This document shows, piece after piece, positions 28,034 to 39,725 of a stretch of 64,000 nt of DNA (positions are counted from its first letter, which is position 1; every line of letters starts with the position of its first letter). The stretch is taken from assembly GCA_963737905.1 (NCBI GenBank), contig CAVTUQ010000039.1, positions 32,001 through 96,000 of the forward strand, in the 5' to 3' direction. The stretch comes from an uncultured delta proteobacterium (lineage in GTDB: Bacteria > Desulfobacterota > Binatia > UBA9968). The notes under the pieces are model-generated. The model was not told the DNA's origin. It saw only the letters and a list, made by a program, of their open reading frames with translations, and did not search any database. The translations under genes and the position numbers were made by a program.

Positions 28034-30515
28034 CTAGAAGGACAGAATGCCATTTTTACCGCTCTTGTATCCATTGTAGCGAATCGTGGCGCCGTCGGTC
28101 TCCAGAATGATGGCGCCATCCTCATCCGTGCGTAAAATCTCGGCTCCGACTTGACGATAGCGCGCAACCACCTCGTCGCGAGGGAATCCGAAAGGATTGC
28201 GGGATCCCACGGAAAATATCGCCAATGAAGGCCGCACCGCCGTCACAAATTCCTGAGTGCTGGAGCCGGCGCTGCCGTGTCGCGGAACTTTGACCACAAG
28301 GCTGCGAAGCTGCTCGGCTTTAGGCTGTAGCCGTTGCTCGTCGCGCTTGTCTAGGTCCCCCGCAAACAGAAATCGTACCTTACCGAACTCCAGCCGCAAC
28401 ACGACGGAGGCATCCTCCGCTCCGTCCGGCGGCGGATAGAGCACGCAAAGCTTGACGTCGTCGATGGCGCGACACGGTACCTGATCGCTCAGGGTAAGTC
28501 GTTTGACGTTCCCTTGCTCCAAGGCCTCTTCCAAATCATCGAAGCGGGTGGTTTTGCCTTTGCTTGGCCCGGACCAAAACTCCGCCGGCGCGAATTCCGT
28601 CGCCACAGACCGCATACCGCCATAGTGATCAACGCGCGGATGACTGACGAATAAGTAGTCTACCTTAAGAATTTTGCGGGAGCGCAGAAATGGACCGACG
28701 ATACTTTCACCGGTGTCAAAATCTCCCAACGCCGTCCCGCCGGCATCGATAATCAGCACCTTCGAACGGGGCAGCTCCACGACAGCGGCATCGCCCTGGC
28801 CGACGTTTAAATGAGTTACACGTAACGCTTTGCGGCCCCATCGTTCACCCCACCAATAAAAGGCGTCGGCCCCCAAAGCCAATGCGAATACGGCAACCGC
28901 CACAATCACAAACCGATTTCTACGCAAGAGAAAAAACGCGACAATAAATAAATAGAGCGCGGTTATCTCCAAGGCATTTGGCACGGGCACCGCAATGTTG
29001 GCGAGGGGAAGGTGTGAAAACAGCCTCACTAGCCAGAGGGTTGCCGACAATAGATACTCGGCCGGCCACACCAAAACAGCCGCAGCGGCGGGGAATATCA
29101 AAGAGAGAAAGCCCGTGATCAGCCCCAACGGCACAACGATAAAACCGACTAACGGCACAATTACGGGGTTGGAAATGAAATCCGGCTAAAGACAAATGAC
29201 CGAAATAGTGAGCGATCAGCGGCCCGGTGCCCAGAGTTGCAAAAAGCGGCACGGCCAAATGCAGGCTCCCTTGCCTTAGTTTATGCTTCCACCAACTCCG
29301 CTCCTGCGGCAGTTCGTCCCGGGGTCGCCGGGGCGACCTGTCTATCATTCTACGCATGCCCCAAACAATGAACAGCACCGCGAGAAACGAAAGCTGAAAG
29401 GAAATATCGGCAATGACAGCAGGCCAGATCAGCGCGATGAGCAGCGCGGCAAAAGTAAGACTGGCGAACACTTCCTCCTCACGGTCCAACAGAACCGCCA
29501 ACTCATAGACCCCGATCATGATCGCCGAACGGACCGTCGGCACCATGGCCCCGGCGATGGCGGTGTAAAAAGCCACCGCCAAAAAGGAGAGGAACGTCCC
29601 CACCTTCAGCAAATTCCAGCGTAAGAGGAGAGTGGAGCTGTACGAGCCGCCAAAACGAACCAGCCAGAAGACCACCAGCCCCAGCATGCTGACGTGAAGT
29701 CCGGAAATGGAAAGCACGTGGTTCACACCTGCAGCGGTAAACTCGTTGCGCATTTCCTTGGTGACAGCACCCATATCGCCGACCACCAGTGCCTTCATAA
29801 GAGCGCCGTTGTCCGATGAAAAGTGCTGATCGATATACCGGCGAATCTCTCGGCGGAGTGATTCGATAGCACCGCGCACGGGACCGGGCCTGCGGGCCAA
29901 CAGTTCGACCTCCTGGTCGTTTTCCAGATATCCAATAGCATAAATCTCTTGTCGCGCCAGGTAAGTCGCGTAATCGAACCCGCCCGGGTTCCCGCTGTTT
30001 CGCGGCTCTTGCGGCCGAATCCAAAAGCGTAAGCGATCGCCGTAATGCCATTCTTGTCGCACGCGTCGGATGCTCAACAAAAGGTCTCCCGAAATTTCTT
30101 CAGCCCCTGTGGGATGCCAGATTCGGTCGCATCGGACCAGCCATCGGCTGCGGTTCGGTAATTTCTCCGGCTCTCGCGCGAGCGTCCCTTCTAGATATAG
30201 GAGTGCACTATCGTTACCCAGCAGGCGGACGTGATTCGGCGGGAAGTCCGGGTGAAGCAGCTGCCAATGCCGGATGTAGCCAAGCGAAAGTCCCAAAGCC
30301 GCGCTGAAGAGCAAGAGTCCCCAGCGTCTTGTCGTCGTTTTGATAACGAGCAACAACGGGATGAGCGGAAGAAAAAAGAATTGAGACGGGATGACGAGCG
30401 GGAGCGCGGCTGCCGCCTGGCCTACCAGGAGGGATAATGTCGGAACCACCAGCCACACCAACGGGTGGCTGAGTCTCGCAACGGCAGTTGTCCTTGTTAC
30501 CGTCTCTCCGGACAT
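28034..30515 (-). pseudogene. comEC: DNA uptake channel ComEC/Rec2, +1 frameshift at about 29177-29180
   Basis: NPGGFDY, HVLSISGLHV, SFQLSF (competence domain); NVGQGDA, IDAGG, SHPRVDHYGG, KVPRHGS (MBL domain). Removing one T gives GFISNPVIVP. Confidence 0.9.
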
Positions 30516-30525
30516 CTGCTGTTCC

Positions 30526-32373
30526 TCAGTCCGACCTGGAGCAAAGGGATTGAAGGATTTCCCGAGCGGTCCTCTCGTTCATGGAGGGGACCTTAAGGAG
30601 CTGATCCAATGTTGCGGCTTCGATTCTTTTCATGCTGCCAAAAGCACGGAGTAAGGCTCGCTTGCGTGCTCCCCCGACGCCCGGAATCCCATCGAGAGCG
30701 GAAAAAAGCGTTTGTCGGGCCCGTAGTTTCTTGTGATGCGTGATGGCAAAACGATGCGCCTCGTCCCGCACTCGCTGCAGCAAGAAAAGCGCGTTCGAGT
30801 TGCGCTTCAGGATCACCGGATTGCTCTGCCGTGGCAAAAAGACCCGCTCTTCGGAGCGCTCGATTTCGACGCTGCGCGGCGCTGATTGCACGCGCATTTT
30901 CGCCAGCCCCACCGCTTCGACGCCTTTCACCCCGACTTCAGACATCGCCGCCAGTGCCATGGCAAGCTGGCCTTTGCCGCCGTCAACCACCACGAGATCC
31001 GGAAGATCCTCCTCTTTTTTGCCGCGCGCAAAACGCCGCTTCAACACTTCCAACATCATGCCGAAGTCATCCCCGCCGGAAGAGGCATCAATGCTCCGAA
31101 TCCGGTAATGACGGTACCGAGACTTGTCCGGCTCACCGTTGACAAACGTCACCATGGAACCGACGGCATGGGCGCCATGCAACATCGAAATATCGAAACA
31201 CTCGATGCGCTGCGGATAGTTTCTCAAACGCAGCTTTGACTGTAGCTCCTGCAGCATTTTCTCCCGGGCCTTCTCTTGATCGTGGCGCTCCGAAAAGCTC
31301 TGCCGAGCGTTTTCCCGGGCCATCTCCACCAGTTCGCTCTTAGCACCCCTCTGCGGGCTGAGAATACTGACTCGCTTTCCCTTGTTTTCCCTCAGGTAGT
31401 CTTCCCGGACTTCCCGGTCATCCAGCTCCACCGGCAGCAAGATTTCATCCGGGACAAAGCGATGGCCCTGGTAAAATTGCGTCAGCAACGCGCCCATGAC
31501 CTCCTCATCAGGAAACTCCAGGTCCTCCAGGGAATAGGACTGGCTGCCCGTTAGTTTACCTTGCCGAACGAACAGGGCTTGGACCTCAATAAATCCCCCC
31601 TCCCGATAAAGTCCAAAAACGTCCTGGTCGCTTCCCCAATGGGAAACCATGCGCTGCTTCTCGAGGGTTTTTTCGACGGCCTGAATCTGGTCGCGAATCT
31701 TGGCCGCCGCTTCGAACTCCAAAGCCTCGGATTTCTCCGCCATCCTTTGCCGCAATTCCGACAGCAGCTCGTCTTGCTTTCCCTCGATGAACAGGATGGC
31801 TTGGCGGACTCTTTCACGGTAATCGGTCTGGCTTACGGGCAAGACGCAGGGTGCCAGGCAACGTTTGATTTGATATTGCAGACAGGGACGGCTGCGGTTT
31901 TTGAAGTTGTGCTCCGTGCAATTGCGCAAAAGAAAATGCTTTTCAACAATGTCCAGCGTTTCGCGTGCCGCCACCGCCGACGAAAACGGCCCGAAATAAC
32001 GGTTGCCGTCCTTGACAATCTTTCGCGTCGTAAAAATTCTCGGCCAGGCGTGCTGCGTTGTTACTTTGATGCTCAGATAACTTTTGTCGTCTTTGAGGCG
32101 AATGTTGTAGCGCGGTTTGTATTGCTTGATGAGATTGTTTTCAAGAATCAACGCTTCTTTGTCGCTGCTCGTGACCAGGGTCTCAATATCGGCGACACGA
32201 CGCACGAGAAACTCGACTTGGCAGCGTCCATCCGGACTATAAAAGTAAGCCCGCACCCGAGCATGGAGATCTTTGGCTTTGCCGACATAAATAACTTTTC
32301 CCCTGTCGTCCCGCATCAAGTAAACACCGGGACGTGAGGGTAGATTGGCTATGTTTTCCGGGGTGATTGCCAT
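30526..32373 (-). CDS. uvrC: Excinuclease ABC subunit C
   Basis: LPSRPGVYLM, IYVGKAK (GIY-YIG), RIECFDIS, DGGKGQ, QRVRDEAHRFA, HhH motif. Confidence 0.97.
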   Translation of the reverse strand: MAITPENIANLPSRPGVYLMRDDRGKVIYVGKAKDLHARVRAYFYSPDGRCQVEFLVRRVADIETLVTSSDKEALILENNLIKQYKPRYNIRLKDDKSYLSIKVTTQHAWPRIFTTRKIVKDGNRYFGPFSSAVAARETLDIVEKHFLLRNCTEHNFKNRSRPCLQYQIKRCLAPCVLPVSQTDYRERVRQAILFIEGKQDELLSELRQRMAEKSEALEFEAAAKIRDQIQAVEKTLEKQRMVSHWGSDQDVFGLYREGGFIEVQALFVRQGKLTGSQSYSLEDLEFPDEEVMGALLTQFYQGHRFVPDEILLPVELDDREVREDYLRENKGKRVSILSPQRGAKSELVEMARENARQSFSERHDQEKAREKMLQELQSKLRLRNYPQRIECFDISMLHGAHAVGSMVTFVNGEPDKSRYRHYRIRSIDASSGGDDFGMMLEVLKRRFARGKKEEDLPDLVVVDGGKGQLAMALAAMSEVGVKGVEAVGLAKMRVQSAPRSVEIERSEERVFLPRQSNPVILKRNSNALFLLQRVRDEAHRFAITHHKKLRARQTLFSALDGIPGVGGARKRALLRAFGSMKRIEAATLDQLLKVPSMNERTAREILQSLCSRSD

Positions 32374-32658
32374 CGGGATTTGCCCAACACGATCGTTGGA
32401 AAAGAGCGGACCGCTGGAAATTGAGCATGAACGGAGTCGCCGACTTGACGGATCCGACCTGCCAAACTGGCACTGCCTAACTTCTCCAGCGGTGTCCACA
32501 TTTGCACTCGGGTGGACAATTTTCGCAATTTCCGCCCGTCTTTCACCGCCTTTTCAATCATAATGCGGCTAATCCATCGGGAGCAAATTGGCATGGCTTT
32601 TGGACTATTATCGTTTAACACCGCGACGGAAATTGACGAAAGTGAAACGGAGTATACC

Positions 32659-33072
32659 ATGTTCGACATTGAAAACCTGATGCACATCGGGGTCTTTAAC
32701 CAACTGATCCCCATCTGGCAGGTGTTTTTCTTTATCGCGAGTCTCCTGCCCTTTCTACTATGGAACCGTGTGAAAATCTGCCTCCTCGTAACCTATATGT
32801 TTACCTTCTACCTCGGCTTCATGGTTCAATGGGGAGACTACATCTCCACCACCGGTGCGATGCAGCCCTTTGTCCTTTATTCCCTCAGTGGTTTGGCGAT
32901 CGCGGTCTTCTTTGTCGCGACGATCTTCAACGAACAACCGGAAAAAACCAAAGTTCGCTGGGTTCGTTTCTCTCAGCAAGCGGATGACGAAGAAGGGCCG
33001 GCTCGGATGCGCCATTCGGACCCCGTGGAAGCCGCCATCAACGTAACTAATGTTTCGGACTCTGAGCGCTGA
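32659..33072 (+). CDS. Hypothetical membrane protein (about three TM segments)
   Basis: Hydrophobic segments; ACGGAG RBS before MFDIENL; near-match sigma54 box at 32589-32604. Confidence 0.6.
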   Translation: MFDIENLMHIGVFNQLIPIWQVFFFIASLLPFLLWNRVKICLLVTYMFTFYLGFMVQWGDYISTTGAMQPFVLYSLSGLAIAVFFVATIFNEQPEKTKVRWVRFSQQADDEEGPARMRHSDPVEAAINVTNVSDSER

Positions 33073-33121
33073 GAATCTCTCCCACGGTCAACTCTTTGTC
33101 GCTTCTGACTTCATTTCGACA

Positions 33122-35161
33122 CTAGGAACCAGGGCTGCGTGCCGCCAACGGATTACGCAGCCCGATTTCTTGTTCTTCCATCGCCCGAACTCGGTCGCGT
33201 AACTCGGCAGCCCTCTCGAATTCAAGGTTTTGGGCAGCTTTTTTCATCTCTTTCTTAAGCCTTTGAATTAGCCTTGGTAATTCTTTTGCCCCAAAATGGG
33301 CTTCCTTCTCGGCGGCCAAGGGAACGTCGACATAGTCGGCTTCGTAAATTTTCACCAGCGGCGACCCGAGAGATTTGATCACGGTTTGCGGCGTGATGTC
33401 GTGCTCCTTATTGAAAGCCGCCTGCAAACTGCGGCGCCGATTCGTCTCGCCAATCGCCGACTTCATAGAATCGGTGCTGGAATCGGCATAGAGAATAACC
33501 GTCCCGTAAACATTGCGCGCGGCTCGGCCAATCGTCTGGATCAAAGAGCGATCGGAGCGCAAGAACCCCTCTTTGTCGGCATCGAGTATAGCCACCAAGG
33601 AAACTTCCGGAAGGTCGAGTCCCTCTCGCAGGAGGTTGATGCCGACCAGCACATCAAAAACCCCCATGCGCAATTGGCGGATGATCTCGACCCGCTCGAG
33701 GGTCTCGATATCCGAGTGCAAATAGCGAACCTTAACGTTTAGATCTTGGTAGTAATCGGTAAGATCTTCCGCCATTCTTTTGGTTAAAGTCGTTACCAGA
33801 ACTCGTTCCCTCCGCTCGGCTCTTTTGCGTATCTCTTCAAGCAGATCGTCCACCTGATTGCGCGCCGGACGCACCACCACTTCCGGGTCCGTCAAGCCCG
33901 TAGGACGAATGAGCTGCTCCACAACGCCACCTCGGCTCTTTTCCAGCTCATAGTGCGCCGGGGTCGCAGAAACATACATCACCTGGTCCAGGCACGCCTC
34001 GAACTCGGCGAAATTCAAAGGACGATTGTCCAAGGCCGAAGGCAAGCGAAATCCGTATTCGACCAGGGTCTCCTTCCTGGAACGGTCGCCTCGATACATG
34101 CCGCCGATTTGCGGCACCGTGACGTGGCTCTCGTCTATAAAGAGCAGAAATTGGTTCGGAAAGTAGCTGAGCAACGTCGGCGGAGCCTCCCCCGGCTTTC
34201 GCCCGGTGAGATGGCGCGAGTAATTTTCGATGCCCGGGCAAAATCCCATCTCTTCCAACAATTCCAAATCATAGAGCGTTCGTTGCTCCAGCCGCTGCGC
34301 CTCCAAAAGTTTATGCTCCGCCCGCAACACTTCCAGTCGCTCCTTGAGCTCCAGGCGGATATCCTGTATGGCCTGCTTCATTCGATCTTCTCCGGTCACA
34401 TAATGGCTGGCGGGATAGATACAGGCTTTATCGACCCGCCGTTGAATTTTCCCCCGGATGGGATCGATTTCATGAATCGTTTCAATCTGCTCATCGAAAA
34501 ATTCAATGCGGAGCGCCGACGAATCCTCATAAGCCGGAAAGATTTCAACGATATCTCCCCTGACCCGAAAGGTGCCGCGGTGAAAATCAAAGTCGCTGCG
34601 CTGGTATTGAATATCGACCAATTTTCTCAGCATCTGGTCGCGTTGGATCCGGCCGCCTTCTTCGAGATAGACCATCATGTCAAAGTAGGCTTCCGGCGAA
34701 CCGAGACCGTAAATACAAGACACACTGGCGACAATCAGCGTATCGCTCCGCTCCAGCAGTGCTTTGGTCGCGGAGTGGCGCAACTTATCGATTTCATCAT
34801 TGATGGAGGCGTCTTTTTCAATGTAGGTGTCCGTCGAGGGCACGTAAGCCTCCGGCTGGTAGTAGTCATAATAGCTGACAAAATAGCGCACGGCGTTATC
34901 GGGAAACAGCTCGCGAAACTCGTTGTAAAGCTGTGCCGCAAGAGTTTTGTTGGGCGCCATAACCAAAGTTGGTTTGTTGATCCGGGCGATCACGTTGGCC
35001 ATCGTGAAGGTTTTGCCGGAACCGGTGACGCCCAGTAAGACCTGGTCTCGTTTGTTTTTCTGGATTCCCTGGACAAGTTTCTCGATGGCCTGGGGCTGGT
35101 CGCCCTGAGGTTTGAACTCGGAAACCAATCGGAACTGACCTTCTTGTCTATTGCGAATCAT
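33122..35161 (-). CDS. uvrB: Excinuclease ABC subunit B
   Basis: [44 protein letters not shown] domain. Confidence 0.98.
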   Translation of the reverse strand: MIRNRQEGQFRLVSEFKPQGDQPQAIEKLVQGIQKNKRDQVLLGVTGSGKTFTMANVIARINKPTLVMAPNKTLAAQLYNEFRELFPDNAVRYFVSYYDYYQPEAYVPSTDTYIEKDASINDEIDKLRHSATKALLERSDTLIVASVSCIYGLGSPEAYFDMMVYLEEGGRIQRDQMLRKLVDIQYQRSDFDFHRGTFRVRGDIVEIFPAYEDSSALRIEFFDEQIETIHEIDPIRGKIQRRVDKACIYPASHYVTGEDRMKQAIQDIRLELKERLEVLRAEHKLLEAQRLEQRTLYDLELLEEMGFCPGIENYSRHLTGRKPGEAPPTLLSYFPNQFLLFIDESHVTVPQIGGMYRGDRSRKETLVEYGFRLPSALDNRPLNFAEFEACLDQVMYVSATPAHYELEKSRGGVVEQLIRPTGLTDPEVVVRPARNQVDDLLEEIRKRAERRERVLVTTLTKRMAEDLTDYYQDLNVKVRYLHSDIETLERVEIIRQLRMGVFDVLVGINLLREGLDLPEVSLVAILDADKEGFLRSDRSLIQTIGRAARNVYGTVILYADSSTDSMKSAIGETNRRRSLQAAFNKEHDITPQTVIKSLGSPLVKIYEADYVDVPLAAEKEAHFGAKELPRLIQRLKKEMKKAAQNLEFERAAELRDRVRAMEEQEIGLRNPLAARSPGS

Positions 35162-35204
35162 TAGAAAAAAATACCAGCCCGCGGGGGATCGGACAAGCGG
35201 GCGG

Positions 35205-36224
35205 TTATCGGGCCCTGGTATCCTGTCCGGCGTAGAGGCGGTCGATGTAACCGCTGCGATCCAGTTGGGCAAGAGGCCCGGACTCGATGAAGTCGCCCGG
35301 CTTGGTTTTGGCAAATTTCGGATCCCCTTCAGCCAGATGATTGATCACGGCCTGAACTGCGCTTTCGACAGCGAAAGGTTTGGCGGGCATATCGGCTCCA
35401 TAATGCCACGATTCTTCCAATGCCTCGGGATCGCTAGTGCCGAGAAACTTTGCAAGGATTTTGTAGGTGTCCTCCTGCCGGGTTTTGAAGAAATGGATTC
35501 CACGGACGATGGCACGCACTGTACGCAACGTGAGATTCGGGTAGTTTTTCATCAGCGAGCGGCGGGTGGCGATGGTAGAGCCCTGGTATTCTATCTTCAG
35601 ATCCGACAGATTGACCAGGAAATTCATCCCGGCCTTTCGAGCGAATAGCGTTGCCGGCGGCGAAACCATCGTTGCCGCAACTCTGCGCGCGTCGAGAGCG
35701 ATCCACATCGCTTCGTTGGTTCCGAGATAGAGGAACTTGACGTCCTTATCGGGATTCAGTTTCAAATGTTTGAGCGCCGAACGGGCATTTTTCTCGTAAG
35801 CATCCCCTGGACGCTGCAGACCGATAATCCCTCCCACTAAATCCTTGGCGGTGCGGATTTCCGGGCGGCTCACCAGCGTCATGGCGGCGTAACGCGTCAG
35901 CCCGCCAAGCATGACGACCTCCTGGTTCCGAACCGACACCGGGATAAGCAAAAAGGCCGACATCGTAGCGAAATCAGTATCGCCCGAAATGAGCGCCATC
36001 GGCGACACAGCCCCGGCGGTCCGCACGACCTCGACCTGCAACCCCTCATCGCGGAACAAGCCCGCTTCGCTGGCTAAATAGGGAATCGAGTGGGTCACCG
36101 CCCGCGCCGCGTAGCCGATACGGATTTTGTCCTTTTCCGGTTTGCCCTGGGCGCCGGCGTTGACGCCGAGGCTAATCAGAGCCACCGACATCAGCAGGAT
36201 CAAAAAACGCAAACCGGATCTCAC
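35205..36224 (-). CDS. NitT/TauT-family substrate-binding protein (no adjacent permease)
   Basis: Signal peptide, [22 protein letters not shown]-terminus as in 19688. Confidence 0.85.
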   Translation of the reverse strand: MRSGLRFLILLMSVALISLGVNAGAQGKPEKDKIRIGYAARAVTHSIPYLASEAGLFRDEGLQVEVVRTAGAVSPMALISGDTDFATMSAFLLIPVSVRNQEVVMLGGLTRYAAMTLVSRPEIRTAKDLVGGIIGLQRPGDAYEKNARSALKHLKLNPDKDVKFLYLGTNEAMWIALDARRVAATMVSPPATLFARKAGMNFLVNLSDLKIEYQGSTIATRRSLMKNYPNLTLRTVRAIVRGIHFFKTRQEDTYKILAKFLGTSDPEALEESWHYGADMPAKPFAVESAVQAVINHLAEGDPKFAKTKPGDFIESGPLAQLDRSGYIDRLYAGQDTRAR

Positions 36225-36333
36225 CCTTTCGCCTCCGTTGAATTGCTACCGAAAACTCCCCATAGACTAGGCGACAAACAATAACAAGGACAATAATAGA
36301 ACTAAATACAGGAAAGCTCGAACCGATTAAGGG

Positions 36334-36603
36334 CTATGAGCTGCTGCCCGAACCGTTGCGGGTCAGTCCGCCAGGACGTACCGTCACAAGCCGGCCGGGC
36401 TGGCGAAACATGATCTGCGCGATCATAGGCGAGATGGGCTTGCCGAAGAGACAATAGCCGTGGCCATTTTGATTCTCTCCGTTGGCCCAGGCGGCGAACT
36501 CATCCGGTGTCGGCGTATGGCCGAGGTCAGCTGCGCAACGGCGCACGATGAAGCCCAGCATCATCTTCGTAGCGCTTTGCTTAGCACCGGGAGAACCATC
36601 CAT
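36334..36603 (-). CDS. Hypothetical protein (89 aa)
   Basis: Compact ORF containing LGHTPTPDEFAAWAN; divergent from the YkgJ-family gene. Confidence 0.6.
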   Translation of the reverse strand: MDGSPGAKQSATKMMLGFIVRRCAADLGHTPTPDEFAAWANGENQNGHGYCLFGKPISPMIAQIMFRQPGRLVTVRPGGLTRNGSGSSS

Positions 36604-36694
36604 GACCCCACTGTATAAAAAATATTCGCCAAGGTTGCAAGAAAATTTGCTAACTACTATTGGTTTGCATAGTATACTGCTAGTTTAATACGAT

Positions 36695-37252
36695 ATGGCA
36701 CCGCAAGACTGGCAAAGGTATCTTCAATTTCGTTGTACCGGTTGCGGCAACTGCTGCCGCGACACTATCGTTTGCATCACCGACGGCGACATCAAACGGA
36801 TCGTTGACGGAACGGGAAGGTCTCCCCTCGAGTTCGTCCGCTTTTATACCCATGAGGAAGTCTCAATGTCGACCCATGATCCGCTTTGGGTGAAGTTTAA
36901 CGACGAGAAAGCGGTTATGGCTCTCCGCTCGATTCAAGATCGCTGCGTCTTTCTCGACAACGAGACCAACCTCTGCACCATCTACGAGCACCGCCCGGTT
37001 ACCTGCCGGGATCATCCCTTCAGCGTAACTTTTTCCGATACCGGCGCAGTGGAAAAAATTTCTTTGAGTAAAATTGTCAAGTGCCCTCACGCATGGGACG
37101 GCAACATATCCCGCCGAGAATTACGCAAAGTGCAGACCTGGAACGAACGGCAAGAAGAGAATTATTTGAAGAAGGTTCGCGCGTGGAATCGTTGCAAGAC
37201 GCATCCGAAAACCCAACCGGCATTTCTCCGCTTTCTTGGCTTCTCGGTTTAA
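36695..37252 (+). CDS. YkgJ-family cysteine cluster (Zn/Fe-chelating) protein
   Basis: FRCTGCGNCCR, C.FLD, CTIYEHRPVTCR.HPF. Confidence 0.9.
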   Translation: MAPQDWQRYLQFRCTGCGNCCRDTIVCITDGDIKRIVDGTGRSPLEFVRFYTHEEVSMSTHDPLWVKFNDEKAVMALRSIQDRCVFLDNETNLCTIYEHRPVTCRDHPFSVTFSDTGAVEKISLSKIVKCPHAWDGNISRRELRKVQTWNERQEENYLKKVRAWNRCKTHPKTQPAFLRFLGFSV

Positions 37253-37401
37253 CGTCATTAATCGCGACACAGGCTTGCTTGCGCTGGACGCCACTCATCC
37301 TTACGCGACGGCTAATCTCATGCAGAGCTCGGACTGTGACAAAAAAGCGAGCTCAATTAGCTGATTAGCTCGCTTTTCATCCCGGGTGAACAGATGGATT
37401 A

Positions 37402-38337
37402 CTAATCAGTCATGTGGGTGGTCGCCTTCAAGTGTTTGTCGACGGTTGTATAGCCCTTCCATTGGTCAACCAGCCAATATCGGACCCCGAACTCGAAGCG
37501 GAGTTCTTTCATATCCCTGTCGTAAGGGTTGAAGTGTTGATGGTGCATCATCCCTGGCGGCACGTGCACCGCGTCGCCTTGATTCCAGTCATAGCGTTTC
37601 CCGCCGATCTCTGAGTAACCGTCCCCTTCCAGCGCGTACAGATAGGCTTCCGGGTGGGCATGGCTGTGGCTCTTGGTGTGCGCCAAATCAACGAAGATGG
37701 AACTGATCGCCACACCGGTAGCTTTAAAACCGTTCTGCTTGCCGCTTCGACCCATCAAAAAATAGGTCGCCCCATGCTTCGATTCGTCGGACTTCTCGTG
37801 CTGTTTATGATGCATGGAGACCCGCCTCCCGTCTTCCGGCCAATACTGGGACTCCTCCTTCGGGAAAGCCGATAAGACCTTCGGGTCGTTCTCACCGCAA
37901 TCTTCAAGCTGTTCCATTTTTCCCATATAAACATCGGCTTCCAGATGCCAGGCTAAACCAGACAGGTAACCCACAGGGAGCTTCCCGCTATTGAACAGCT
38001 GATGGGTGGACCGATATGGAATGTGAAAGACGGTTCCAGGGAAGAAGTCGTACCGCTTGTCGTCGAGAATCATGAAACCCTCGCCGCTTTCCACATAAAT
38101 CGCCTCCTCGCCATGAAGATGCTTGCCGGTGTGCCAGCCCACTGGGATTTCTGCGCGCAAAAGGCAGCTGCCGCCGGTTGGGAATCCGAGCTCAGGGGCG
38201 ATCATCAAAGCCGCCTTATAATCCTGACGAGTCCGTACCCATTTAAGATCTTTGCTCCGTGCGACCCGTGGCGCCTCGTCGACTTTCTTTAGATTGTTGG
38301 CCGATCGCTCTAACCAAGCGCTGTAAAAATCATTCAT
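37402..38337 (-). CDS. Bicupin (gentisate-dioxygenase-like) protein
   Basis: Two cupin motif pairs: KHLHGEE...HQLFN and HSHAHPEA...HHQHFN. Confidence 0.82.
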   Translation of the reverse strand: MNDFYSAWLERSANNLKKVDEAPRVARSKDLKWVRTRQDYKAALMIAPELGFPTGGSCLLRAEIPVGWHTGKHLHGEEAIYVESGEGFMILDDKRYDFFPGTVFHIPYRSTHQLFNSGKLPVGYLSGLAWHLEADVYMGKMEQLEDCGENDPKVLSAFPKEESQYWPEDGRRVSMHHKQHEKSDESKHGATYFLMGRSGKQNGFKATGVAISSIFVDLAHTKSHSHAHPEAYLYALEGDGYSEIGGKRYDWNQGDAVHVPPGMMHHQHFNPYDRDMKELRFEFGVRYWLVDQWKGYTTVDKHLKATTHMTD

Positions 38338-38602
38338 GCTTTCTCCTCCATTCAAAATGCATATACTCTTCCTTTATTTAGATTCCTAACGGAGGGCACC
38401 CCCTTTGTCAAATCTACGAGACGGTCAGGGCACCGCATTTGCGGCATCCAAAGCATTTGATTCCTCGGACTCCGGCCGCTCACGTGCACTCGCCCGCTTG
38501 GCCGGAATGATGTTTGAAATACCGAGACATTTCTGAGACATTTTACTAAATACTTGCATTGGGCATCGCTGTCGGTGCAGACTGGAATCGGAGGAAAGGC
38601 TC

Positions 38603-39721
38603 ATGGCAAAAGACAAGACAGCTGGGCTCGAGGGCGTTATCGCCGGAGATACGGCGATCGCTACAGTCGGTAAGGAAGGCAAAGGCCTCACCTACCGAGG
38701 CTACTCGATCTATGACCTCGCCGAACAATCGACGTTCGAAGAGGTCGCCTATCTTCTCATCTACGGTCGTCTACCCAAGCAGACTGAGCTGAACCTTTAC
38801 AAGGAAGCTCTCCGCCAAATACGTGGATTGCCGGTACCGCTCAAGACGGTACTCGAGCAAATTCCCGCAGATACTCACCCCATGGACGTGATGCGCACCG
38901 GTTGTTCGATGCTTGGAACTCTGGAGCCCGAAGGAGCTGCCCGCGATCAGACCGCTGTAGCCAACCGGCTGACGGCATGCTTTAGCTCCATGCTTCTCTA
39001 CTGGTACCACTTTCAAAAGAGCGGCAAACGGATCGAAACCACCACCGACGATGACAGCACCGCCGGCCACTTTCTCCATTTGCTGCACGGCAACAAGCCC
39101 GATGAGCTGCAGCGACGCGCCATTGATGTGTCGCTCATTCTCTACGCCGAGCATGAATTCAACGCATCGACTTTCACCGCCCGCACCATCACTTCCACTC
39201 TGCCCGACTTCTATTCCGCCGTTACCGGCGCCATCGGCGCCCTGCGGGGTCCGCTGCACGGTGGCGCCAATGAAGCCGCCATGGAGCTTATCGAGCGGTT
39301 CAACACACCCGATGAGGCCGAAAAAGGCGTTCTCCAACTGATCGGTGCGAAGAAACTTATCATGGGCTTCGGCCATCGCGTCTACAAAATTTCCGATCCG
39401 CGCTCCGACGTGATCAAAGGCTGGTCCAAAAAACTCGGCGCCGCCCACGGAGATGAGAAACTCTACCCGGTGTCCGAGCGCATCGAGCAGGTCATGCGAC
39501 GGGAGAAAAAACTTTTCCCTAACCTCGATTTTTACAGCGCCAGCGCTTACCACCTGTGCGGCATTCCGACCGCGATGTTCACGCCGCTGTTTGTCGTCGC
39601 CCGCATCACCGGCTGGGCGGCCCACATCATCGAACAACGTGCCGATAACCGTCTGATCCGTCCCAATGCCGATTACATCGGTCCCGACCCCCGGCCCTAC
39701 ATTCCCATCGCCAACCGATAG
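38603..39721 (+). CDS. prpC: 2-methylcitrate synthase
   Basis: [49 protein letters not shown]; adjacent to prpD. Confidence 0.93.
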   Translation: MAKDKTAGLEGVIAGDTAIATVGKEGKGLTYRGYSIYDLAEQSTFEEVAYLLIYGRLPKQTELNLYKEALRQIRGLPVPLKTVLEQIPADTHPMDVMRTGCSMLGTLEPEGAARDQTAVANRLTACFSSMLLYWYHFQKSGKRIETTTDDDSTAGHFLHLLHGNKPDELQRRAIDVSLILYAEHEFNASTFTARTITSTLPDFYSAVTGAIGALRGPLHGGANEAAMELIERFNTPDEAEKGVLQLIGAKKLIMGFGHRVYKISDPRSDVIKGWSKKLGAAHGDEKLYPVSERIEQVMRREKKLFPNLDFYSASAYHLCGIPTAMFTPLFVVARITGWAAHIIEQRADNRLIRPNADYIGPDPRPYIPIANR

Positions 39722-39725
39722 TCTG

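Noticed and set aside
33953-35038. Long antisense ORFs (361 aa here; also 721-1563, 31561-32337, 38771-39772, 53495-54256)
   Set aside because: Shadow frames opposite well-conserved genes in GC-rich DNA, with no recognisable motifs.
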